From a bacterium (GTDB taxonomy: Bacteria > Electryoneota > RPQS01): a DNA stretch of 64,000 nucleotides. The notes below the pieces were generated by a model that worked only from the letters and a program-made list of their open reading frames with translations, did not search any database and had not been told where the DNA came from. Every line of letters begins with the position of its first letter. Position 1 is the stretch's first letter. The position numbers and the translations under genes are program-made. The stretch spans positions 19,561 to 83,560 of the forward strand of contig JADJEH010000011.1 of assembly GCA_016702305.1 (NCBI GenBank), read 5' to 3'. Positions 12,601 through 20,003 of this stretch are shown here, piece by piece.

Positions 12601-13083
12601 CGACGGAAGCGGTCCACTGTTTAGCATAGGTGCAGAAAACACATTCAACGTTAAGGCTAATGGAGGAGGTAGGTTTTGGACGACAGCAGATCACGCTAGC
12701 AACATCGGGACGCGGCTCGCAGCAGGGGATCGTCATGGGTTGCTCTAAGCGATTCAACGAAGAAAACAAATCGAATACCTGTAGATTCAAAAGCAATTTT
12801 ACAGAAGGTCGCCGCGCTTCCGATTGACCAGTGGAACTACAAGCATCAAGCGGATGGCCCTTTGCATATTGGGCCAATGGCTCAGGATTATTGGAACGCA
12901 TTCCATCTCGGTGAAGACAGTTTAGGCATCGAAACCATTGACGCAGACGGCGTGCTGTTCGCGGCGGTGCAGGAATTGGCAAAACAGAACGCGGAGCTGA
13001 AGCAAACAAATGACAAGCAAACATCAGAGATTGCTGAACTCAAGCAGTTGGTAGAACAAATGACTCAACTTGGAAATAAGTAA
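9686..13083 (+). CDS. Tail-fibre-like surface protein, paralog A of ~1,130 aa. It has a signal peptide, a conserved N-terminal domain, a long Gly-rich repeat core and a C-terminal intramolecular-chaperone (peptidase S74) domain. At least three frame breaks are present
   Basis: 'MKTLVFVLLTF...YQGQLT...VAMSF...VWTEVHPAVVVTGGLFNV...NRWLGI...EMLPREQ...HSYRVGTVDGATGG' matches the paralog N-termini. There are dozens of 'STVGGGxxNxASGxxS' repeats. The C-terminus 'IPVDSKAILQKVAALPIDQWNYKHQADGPLHIGPMAQDYW...GVLFAAVQELAKQNAELKQ' is the S74 chaperone signature. Frame switches fall at ~10145 (GGG run), ~12700 and ~12770. Confidence 0.7.
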
Positions 13084-13103
13084 CAGGACGATTCGGAATT
13101 CCC

Positions 13104-14327
13104 ATGAAAAGACTCTTACTCGTATTACTCCTTTCCGCGAACGCGATGGCGATCCCGAGGTTGGTGAACTATCAAGGTCAGTTGACCTCGCCGACCGGTA
13201 CGCCGCTCGACACGACAGTTGCGATGACGTTTAACATCTGGCCAACTCCCACAGGTGGAGTTTCAGTATGGACAGAGACGCATCCGGCTGTGTCTGTGAC
13301 TAACGGACTATTCAATGTTCAGCTTGGTTCCATCACCACTCTAACAGATCTTTTCTCAGTCAATCGTTGGCTCGGAATTGCAATACAAGATGACCCCGAA
13401 ATGACTCCTCGTGAGCAACTGTTATCAGTTGTTCATGCATATCGTGTCGGAACGGTGGACGGCGCGAGTGGCGGAACGATAAGCGGGAATGTGAATATTT
13501 CTGGCAAAGCCAATATCGGTAGTGGAAACGTCAACAGTGGCAGTTTCGCTTTCGTTGCCGGGCAGAATGATACGGCAAGCGGCCCTTTTTCTACGGTTAG
13601 CGGCGGTTTTGGCAATGTGACGAGTGCCAATTCTGCAACTGTCGGCGGCGGTTTTGGCAATTCGGCGAGTGGCACTGATGCGACTGTTGGCGGCGGTAGT
13701 GGCAATACGGCGAGTGCCAATTCTGCAACGGCGAGTGGAGGGAGTGGCAACAGTGCCAGCGGCGTCGCGAGTTGCATTCCCGGAGGAGCGAACAATATTT
13801 GCTCCGGAGTAGGCTCGTTTACTTGTGGGAATAACGCCCATTCCATCGGGGACAGCAGCTTTGTTTTTAATGATGGCAGATACGGCGGGAACATCGGCGG
13901 CCAAGCGCGACGGTTTATTGTGATCGCGTCCGACGGCTCCTTTATCCATACGAATAGTACCGCCACGTTGGGTGCCCAGCTTCCCGCCAACGCCACAGCG
14001 TGGGTTGCCATCTGTGACTCGACTAAGAAGAATCGGTATGGGCAAGTCAACACAAGTGAAGTGTTGTCCAAACTTTCTCACATTCCCATTGAAACATGGA
14101 GCTACAAAGACGACCCCAACCATGTGAAGCATATCGGCCCGATGGCGCAGGATTTTTACTCGGCGTTTCATGTAGGCGAGAGCGACACCACGATTTCAAC
14201 GCTTGATCCGGATGGCGTTGCGCTCGCCGCAATTCAGGAATTGGCGAAGCAGGTTAAGCAATTGCAAAGTGAGAACACTGAGCTAAGAAAACTGGTCGAG
14301 CAAACGATTAAATTGGGAAACAAATAG
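13104..14327 (+). CDS. Tail-fibre-like surface protein, paralog B of 407 aa, intact. Same N- and C-terminal domains as paralog A with a shorter Gly-rich core
   Basis: Signal peptide 'MKRLLLVLLLSANAMA'. N-domain '...NYQGQLTSPTGTPLDTTVAMTF...'. C-terminus 'CDSTKKNRYGQVNTSEVLSKLSHIPIETWSYKDDPNHVKHIGPMAQDFYSAFHV...GVALAAIQELAKQVKQL', matching the S74/endosialidase-chaperone pattern SD.R.K.N / IG..AQ / coiled-coil tail. Confidence 0.8.
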   Translation: MKRLLLVLLLSANAMAIPRLVNYQGQLTSPTGTPLDTTVAMTFNIWPTPTGGVSVWTETHPAVSVTNGLFNVQLGSITTLTDLFSVNRWLGIAIQDDPEMTPREQLLSVVHAYRVGTVDGASGGTISGNVNISGKANIGSGNVNSGSFAFVAGQNDTASGPFSTVSGGFGNVTSANSATVGGGFGNSASGTDATVGGGSGNTASANSATASGGSGNSASGVASCIPGGANNICSGVGSFTCGNNAHSIGDSSFVFNDGRYGGNIGGQARRFIVIASDGSFIHTNSTATLGAQLPANATAWVAICDSTKKNRYGQVNTSEVLSKLSHIPIETWSYKDDPNHVKHIGPMAQDFYSAFHVGESDTTISTLDPDGVALAAIQELAKQVKQLQSENTELRKLVEQTIKLGNK

Positions 14328-14330
14328 AGA

Positions 14331-16221
14331 GTGATAATGAAGATGATGAAATTCGCCATAGTGCTCTTCCTGTTTGCTGTGCAAGCCTTTGCAATCCCGC
14401 AAGTGATCAACTACCAAGGGCAGTTGACCTCGCAGACCGGAACACCTCTCGATACGACAGTGGCAATGACGTTCAATCTCTATCCGGTTGTATCCGGTGG
14501 AGCAGCGGGTTGGAGTGAGACACATCCGGCAGTTGTTGTAACAGACGGGCTTTTCAATGTGCGCTTAGGCTCCGTCATACCGTTACCGGATGTTTTCTCG
14601 GTGAACAGTTGGCTGAGTGTGACGATTGGCGCAGATACGGAAATGTCGCCGCGTGAGCAGATTGTGTCGGTCGGTCATGCCTACCGTGCGGGGACGGTGG
14701 ACGGAGCGACGGGCGGAACGATCACCGGAAAGTTGAATGTTGGAAGCGGCAACACAAACAGCGGAAGTTTCGCCAATGTGCTGGGCGAGTCCAATAGCGT
14801 CAGCGGCAACTGGGGAGCGATATCAGGCGGAAGTAATAACATTTCGACGGAAGGATTCTACAATGTTATTGGCGGTGGAGCTGGAAACATCGTAGAGGCG
14901 GGTATCGTGACGATCAGTGGCGGATCCCTTAATCATGCCTTTCCCAATGCCTATAACGCTGTCATAGCGGGCGGAGAAGGCAATTACGTCAATGGGATCT
15001 TTGGCGTCATCGGGGGCGGGAATTACAACAACGTCATAAGCGACAGTGCGGCAACGATCGCTGGTGGATTTTTTAATAGAGTGAGCGCGAACTATTCGGC
15101 CATCGGTGGAGACGCATACAATATTGCCAGTGGTCAAGGATCCGTCGTGAGTGGGGGTGTGCAGGATTCCGCGTCTGGTTCGTATAGTACTGTTGGCGGT
15201 GGTCAAGGCAATAGCGCAAACTTCGTTGCAAGTACTATTGGCGGAGGACGGTATAACACCGCAAGTTCGAACGCTACGGTCAGCGGCGGTGTAGGAAATG
15301 CGGCGAGTGGAAACACGTCAACAGTCGGAGGCGGAGGAGGGAATACCGCAAATGGCAATTCCGCAACTGCCAGTGGCGGTGAAGGGAACATGGCGAGTGG
15401 CGATTATGCAATTGTCGGCGGTGGTCATGACAATGTTGCTTCAGGCATCAGCACAACAATTGACGGCGGCGAATTTAATACTGCGAGTGGTAATTATGCT
15501 ACGGTCGGCGGCGGTGCAGGAAATTCGGCGAGTGGATACAATTCAACAATCGGAGGCGGTAGTATAAATTCAGCAAGTAACTTTTTTTGCAACTGTCGGC
15601 GGCGGAATTGGCAATAGCGCGAGCGGTATCGGGAGTTGCATTCCCGGAGGACGAAACAATTCCTGCTCCGGTGAGGGCTCATTTACCTGTGGGAATTATG
15701 CGCATTCCGTTGGTGACAGTAGCTTTGTTTTTAATGATGGCAGATATGGCGGCAATATTGGCGGCCAAGCACGGAGGTTTATCGTGGTTGCGTCCAACGG
15801 TACTTTTATTCACACGAACAGTACCGCTACTCTGGGAGCACAGCTTCCCGCCAATTCGACTGCATGGGAAGCCATCTGCGACTCGACTAAGAAGGAACGA
15901 TATGGACAAGTCAACACCAGGGATGTTTTGTCCAAACTAACGATGATTCCGATTGAAACATGGAGCTACAAAGATGACCCCAATCACATCAAGCATATCG
16001 GCCCGATGGCGCAGGACTTTTATGCAGCGTTTCATGTAGGCGAAAGTGACACCACGATCTCCACGCTTGATCCCGATGGCGTGGCACTGGCGGCGATTCA
16101 GGAATTGGCCAAGCAGAATGAACAGAAAGACACAAAGATCACCGAACTCGAAGCGCGAGTGAAACAGCTTGAGGCAGCGATCTTACAATTTGGGAATCTG
16201 ACACAAACAGATAAACAGTAA
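14331..16221 (+). CDS. Tail-fibre-like surface protein, paralog C of ~630 aa if read through. It is interrupted by a +1 frameshift at a T7 homopolymer at 15581-15590
   Basis: The N-terminus is 'MIMKMMKFAIVLFLFAVQAFAIPQVINYQGQLTSQTGTPLDTTVAMTF'. ORF 15784..16221 carries the S74-like C-terminus '...KKERYGQVNTRDVLSKLTMIPIETWSYKDDPNHIKHIGPMAQDFYAAFHV...'. With T6 instead of T7 the frame reads 'NFFATVGGGIGNSASG', which matches the repeat consensus of paralog B. Confidence 0.7.
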
Positions 16222-16232
16222 GGAGTCCACCC

Positions 16233-16697
16233 ATGAACAAAGCACTCGTCCTACTCTTCTTGCCCGCACTCTTGTGGGCACAGTCTCAGAGCGAGAATTT
16301 CACCCTAACAAAGTCCGTCATTGACGCAGGCGGCGGCGCGTCGAGTTCTACGAATTTCAACCTCGTTTCTGCGTTCGGTCAACCGACGCCAGTCGGTGTG
16401 CAGTCAAGCGAAAGTTTCACACTGTACGCGGGCTTCTTGACGCCGTTGCTTTCCGTTTCACCGCTGTCACCAATTCAACGCCTGGTAATTAAGGAAGCGC
16501 AACCGGACGCGGTACTTAACTGGGAAGCCATCGCCGGTGCGGGAAGCTACTCTGTATATCGTAATACTGCGATCAACTTCACGCCAGGACCCGGAAACCT
16601 AGTCGGCACAACAACGAATACTACATTTACGGACACAAACGTTTTGGCGGGTCCCGCTGTTCAGCAGTATTACATCGTCATCGTGAATAACCCATGA
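16233..16697 (+). CDS. Small secreted hypothetical protein of 154 aa with a signal peptide
   Basis: 'MNKALVLLFLPALLWAQSQ' is a signal peptide. The protein is Thr/Ser/Gly-rich and immediately follows the tail-fibre-like genes. No known motif. Confidence 0.5.
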   Translation: MNKALVLLFLPALLWAQSQSENFTLTKSVIDAGGGASSSTNFNLVSAFGQPTPVGVQSSESFTLYAGFLTPLLSVSPLSPIQRLVIKEAQPDAVLNWEAIAGAGSYSVYRNTAINFTPGPGNLVGTTTNTTFTDTNVLAGPAVQQYYIVIVNNP

Positions 16698-16864
16698 CAC
16701 GATCAATCAGACCCCTTGCGGCGTCGCAACCATTGTGGTCCTGTCCTTGGCATTCACTTGGTTTCATTTGGAAGCGCGTGAAATCGCAAATCAGGTTGCA
16801 CTTGACTTCATTCGATTTCGTTGGCGCGTTAAATCAATGATTTAACAGCAGATACATGTTGGGA

Positions 16865-16908
16865 CTGTCACGCCGGAGGTCGCGGGTTCGAGTCCCGTCG
16901 GCCCCGCT
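16865..16908 (+). other. 3' fragment of tRNA-Asp(GTC), running from the anticodon loop through the T-arm to the acceptor 3' strand, with no 5' half. It is a putative att core and island boundary
   Basis: 'CTGTCACGCcGGaGGTCGCGGGTTCGAGTCCCGTCgGccCCG' is near-identical to the 3' part of bacterial tRNA-Asp, whose 3' half is CTGTCACGCAGGGGGTCGCGGGTTCGAGTCCCGTCCGTTCCG. No D-arm or complementary 5' acceptor strand is present upstream. Confidence 0.7.
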
Positions 16909-16917
16909 AAAAAACAA

Positions 16918-16955
16918 GGGTTTACCAGAAATGGTAAACCCTTTTCGTTTTACCC
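16918..16955 (+). terminator. Rho-independent terminator, the native tRNA terminator, directly after the tRNA fragment
   Basis: The 9-bp stem is GGGTTTACC/GGTAAACCC with loop AGAAAT, followed by TTTTCGTTTT. Confidence 0.7.
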
Positions 16956-17049
16956 CTAAATCAGATCAATCTGATCATAAAATCATATAAAACAATTACT
17001 CGTAAAATTGTTCGAGATTTCGCTCGCTATTCTAACAGAAGCAACGTAT

Positions 17050-17098
17050 ATTAGTCATATGACTAATTCAATTGACCAATACAATTGACTAATTAGTC
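17050..17098. promoter_or_regulatory. Two palindromic operator-like sites upstream of the TetR gene, probably TetR autoregulatory operators
   Basis: A perfect 18-bp palindrome ATTAGTCATATGACTAAT lies at 17050-17067. A perfect 12-bp palindrome GACTAATTAGTC lies at 17087-17098. Both share the GACTAAT/ATTAGTC half-site, and there are direct repeats of CAATTGAC. They sit in an AT-rich region 50-100 bp upstream of the TetR start. Confidence 0.5.
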
Positions 17099-17146
17099 TC
17101 AAATACAAGCCAAGAATCAATTTCTACTCCCGGAGTCGCTTGAACC

Positions 17147-17959
17147 ATGACTGCAATGAAGAAAAAGCCCACGGTGGCCAAAGGTGCCCCGAAGACAAAA
17201 AGTTCTTTCGTTCTCGTAAACCGGACGCCCGGTGCCAGAATTCCGCAGCTTGAGACGATTTTGCCACCGGACCCAGCCACAACAAAGGGACAACTTTTCA
17301 TTGCGGCAACCCGTCTATTCTCGGAATTCGGATTCAAGGGAACAAACACGCGGGCGATCGCCAGCGCGGCGGGGGTCCGCCAAGTCATGCTGAACTACTA
17401 TTTCGGCAGCAAAGAACAGCTATACGAACAAGTCTTGCGCTATGAGGGCACAACGATGCTCAGTGTCATTTTTGGCTCGGCAACCAATAACAAGTCACCC
17501 GAAGAGATGTTGATCGACTCGCCGATTCGCCTAATGACCGTATTGCACGACAATCCGCAGTGGGCAGCGCTCTTAAGACGCGAAATCGCCGATGGTGCCG
17601 TGCACTTGCGCCGGGCATTGATCGGGGTTGCCGAACACGGACCGCTGGGTGCCAATCTGCACTTTCACGACGCCTATAAGGCCGCAGTCAGTAGCGGCAA
17701 AGCAGTCGATTTGCCCATCGAGGCTGTCCGCGAGTGCCTCTTGGCGATCGGTTACAGCGCAATCTACCTTGCCCCGCTAATCTCAATGATCAATGAACGC
17801 GACTTTCATGACGAAACGGTTTGGGAAGAATGGAAGCTGACGCTCAGCACCATCCTCAAACGCGGATTGCTCATTGTCGATGAGTCTCACGTCAAATCTC
17901 CGAACGTTGCGGGTGACAATAAGGATGGGACTCACATCAACCCGAAAATTCAGTCATGA
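17147..17959 (+). CDS. TetR/AcrR-family transcriptional regulator
   Basis: The N-terminal HTH is 'TKGQLFIAATRLFSEFGFKGTNTRAIASAAGVRQVMLNYYFGSKEQLYEQVL', a TetR_N signature. Length is 270 aa. Confidence 0.85.
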   Translation: MTAMKKKPTVAKGAPKTKSSFVLVNRTPGARIPQLETILPPDPATTKGQLFIAATRLFSEFGFKGTNTRAIASAAGVRQVMLNYYFGSKEQLYEQVLRYEGTTMLSVIFGSATNNKSPEEMLIDSPIRLMTVLHDNPQWAALLRREIADGAVHLRRALIGVAEHGPLGANLHFHDAYKAAVSSGKAVDLPIEAVRECLLAIGYSAIYLAPLISMINERDFHDETVWEEWKLTLSTILKRGLLIVDESHVKSPNVAGDNKDGTHINPKIQS

Positions 17960-18124
17960 CCGGCGGGGCAAGTATCATTGTTGTCGTCTTACTATTGGCC
18001 GCCGTTGTGCTTCTTTTGCTTTGGGTGTCGGGATCCAAGCGACCTTGTCCCCATTGCCGCGCGATGATGCCCAAGTTAAATGTACTATGCCCGCACTGCC
18101 GACGACAAGTGCCGATCGCGCACT
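17957..18124 (+). CDS. Membrane miniprotein of 55 aa with one TM helix and a CPHC...CPHC zinc ribbon, copy 1
   Basis: Translation 'MTGGASIIVVVLLLAAVVLLLLWVSGSKRPCPHCRAMMPKLNVLCPHCRRQVPIAH'. Its start overlaps the TetR stop as ATGA. A paralog lies at 22079..22248. Confidence 0.5.
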
Positions 18125-18202
18125 GAAAAATAGAGTCTCGGAAACGAGACAGTCACCCGCGGGTTCACCGCGACACGAGCGAAAGCTCACCAGGAGACAC
18201 CC

Positions 18203-18640
18203 ATGAAAAAGAAACTTTGGACACTGGTCCTGCTCACATTGTTCGCCGGCAATGCGTTTGCCGTTGGGACCGTGATGCAGCTACAGCAGACGATCCCGCG
18301 CAACTACTACGCGCAGTATGCGCCGGCGCAGGCACCAACGACGCCAGAATCCGTGCCTTCGGCCGAAGAACAGGCCGTCGCGCAACGCAAGGATTTTGTG
18401 GACCGGCTCACAGAACTGCGCGACCGGGAATCAAGCCTTGACAAACAGTCCATTCAGTTGATCCAGGACAATTCCGCGTTGGCGAGCCAACTGGAACAGA
18501 ACAACCTTGAACGCAAGCGAGTCAAAGTTGACCAGAAGGACGTCAAGCGCAACATCAAGGAGCTGGAGCGCGAGAAGAACATTTTCGACAAGAAAGATAA
18601 GCTGCGCAAGAAGATAGACAAACTCATGTATAGCAACTGA
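18203..18640 (+). CDS. Secreted coiled-coil protein of 145 aa
   Basis: Signal peptide 'MKKKLWTLVLLTLFAGNAFA'. The C-terminus is charged and heptad-rich. There is no counterpart in the second module copy. Confidence 0.55.
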   Translation: MKKKLWTLVLLTLFAGNAFAVGTVMQLQQTIPRNYYAQYAPAQAPTTPESVPSAEEQAVAQRKDFVDRLTELRDRESSLDKQSIQLIQDNSALASQLEQNNLERKRVKVDQKDVKRNIKELEREKNIFDKKDKLRKKIDKLMYSN

Positions 18641-18642
18641 TC

Positions 18643-19020
18643 ATGACAGCCCCTAATGTCACCGTTGTCGTTCCGCTTACGGTCGGCAAGCGAACGGAAG
18701 CAGCTCACCAGAAGCCCCGGGAATATGGATTCCTATTGGTGCTCGCCGCGATGGCCCTCGTCATGTGGCTTTTCAGTCGATTCTTCAGTTGGGGCCGGAC
18801 GACCAAACCCGTGCTTAGCAAGAAAGCTGAGAAACTTTTGAACGAAATTGAAACTCTCGAAATCCTGCAGGAACAAGCGAGACTTGACCTCCGGAGAGTT
18901 CGACTCGAACAAAAGACACTACAGGCCGAAGAAGAAAATGAACGGCAAGCCAACGCTGAGCCGCCCGCGGCAACCGAAAGCCCACGGTCAAACAACGGCC
19001 ACGTCCCAAGGCCACAATGA
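18643..19020 (+). CDS. Membrane protein with a coiled-coil tail of 125 aa, copy 1
   Basis: TM helix 'YGFLLVLAAMALVMWLFSRFF', then 'KPVLSKKAEKLLNEIETLEILQEQARLDLRRVRLEQKTLQAEEE'. It is ~65% identical to 22356..22733. Confidence 0.55.
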   Translation: MTAPNVTVVVPLTVGKRTEAAHQKPREYGFLLVLAAMALVMWLFSRFFSWGRTTKPVLSKKAEKLLNEIETLEILQEQARLDLRRVRLEQKTLQAEEENERQANAEPPAATESPRSNNGHVPRPQ

Positions 19021-19133
19021 TGACTGATTGGAGCTTACGCAGGATCGTGTTCGGCTGGCTAATTCGACCGGCGCGCTCGTACTGGCAGCTTGGCTCGTCA
19101 TTACCGCCGCGTCCCGGTATTGGAATAAGTAGA
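19017..19133 (+). CDS. TM miniprotein of ~38 aa, copy 1. Relative to copy 2 it has a 1-nt frame difference
   Basis: 'MMTDWSLRRIVFGWL...', and after a -1 shift '...LVLAAWLVITAASRYWNK'. Compare copy 2 'MMTDWSLRSIVLGWLVPTGLLVLAAWIVVTAASRYWNK'. The start overlaps the upstream stop as ATGATGA. Confidence 0.3.
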
Positions 19134-19186
19134 TAATCGTGTCGTCAGTTGCTCGCGATCTGGCCACACAAGCAAACGAGGATAAA

Positions 19187-19372
19187 ATGGAAAAACTCAC
19201 GTTCAGTGGGACATGGCTTGAAGTCACAGGAAAACTCAAGCAGAAGTTCGGCCACCTGACCGACAACGATCTGATGTTCATGGAAGGCAAGGAAGAGGAA
19301 CTCTTGGGGCGGCTCCAAACGAAACTCGGACGAACTAAGGCGCAATTGCGCGAAATCATTAAGAAGATTTAG
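19187..19372 (+). CDS. CsbD-family general stress protein
   Basis: 'MEKLTFSGTWLEVTGKLKQKFGHLTDNDLMFMEGKEEELLGRLQTKLGRTKAQLREIIKKI' matches the CsbD pattern (KxKWGxLTDDDL...GKxExL.GK.QE.YG). An AGGAT Shine-Dalgarno sequence lies 7 nt upstream. Confidence 0.7.
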   Translation: MEKLTFSGTWLEVTGKLKQKFGHLTDNDLMFMEGKEEELLGRLQTKLGRTKAQLREIIKKI

Positions 19373-19440
19373 CGACTCCACGGGACCCGGATGGACGGTC
19401 CATGGTAAGCAGATCGGGCAACTAGAAGAAAGACTCACAG

Positions 19441-19902
19441 ATGAAAAAGCACTTTAAGGTCGTAGTGTTAGCGGTTGCGGTGGCTTCAATAGCAACGATT
19501 GTCGGCTGTTCGCAGACGTCCGAGCAGAAGCTCGCCGACGCCAAGGCCGAAGTTGTGGACCTCAAGAAGGATGTGAAAGTCGCCGTCGCAGAACAGACAG
19601 AAGCTGCCAAGCAGGTTGAGTGGCTCAGCTTCAAGAGCAACGCGGAAGTGAAGATCATGGCGAACGACAAAGCCATCGCGGATTACAAAGCTCGCATGTC
19701 AGGTGCGAATGGCAAACGTCGCGCCGAATACGACAAGAAGATCGACGCGCTGGAACTCAAGAACAAGGAGTTGAAGGCGAGGCTCGTGAACTATCCCGAA
19801 ACCGGGAAAAGCTCATGGGAACAATTCAAGAACGAGTTCAGCCACGACATGGATGAACTGGGTTCGGCACTTAAGGACTTCGCAGTCAACAACGAGAAGT
19901 AA
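19441..19902 (+). CDS. Lipoprotein, coiled-coil, 153 aa
   Basis: Lipobox 'IATIVGCSQ' after the signal peptide. The remainder is Lys/Glu/Ala-rich. Confidence 0.6.
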   Translation: MKKHFKVVVLAVAVASIATIVGCSQTSEQKLADAKAEVVDLKKDVKVAVAEQTEAAKQVEWLSFKSNAEVKIMANDKAIADYKARMSGANGKRRAEYDKKIDALELKNKELKARLVNYPETGKSSWEQFKNEFSHDMDELGSALKDFAVNNEK

Positions 19903-20003
19903 CGCATTGCCGTGCGAGTCGTGAGTCGTGTGTTACCAAGCATACACTCACGGCGGCGCACCGGTGGATTGTCGGAGACACAAAGGAGAAGTCGGAGATT
20001 TCG

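Noticed and set aside
10100-15600. CRISPR-like nucleotide repeats
   Set aside because: The periodicity of ~39-42 nt comes from in-frame Gly-rich 13-14-aa protein repeats inside long ORFs. There are no conserved direct repeats with unique spacers, and no cas genes.
16830-16908. A complete tRNA-Asp gene
   Set aside because: Only the 3' ~44 nt match. The upstream 35 nt have no D-arm and no 5' acceptor strand complementary to CGGCCCC, so this is a fragment (att-like) and not a functional tRNA.
19372-19440. Terminator after csbD (GGACC...GGTCC hairpin)
   Set aside because: The stem is only 5 bp and there is no T-tract. It is not convincing.
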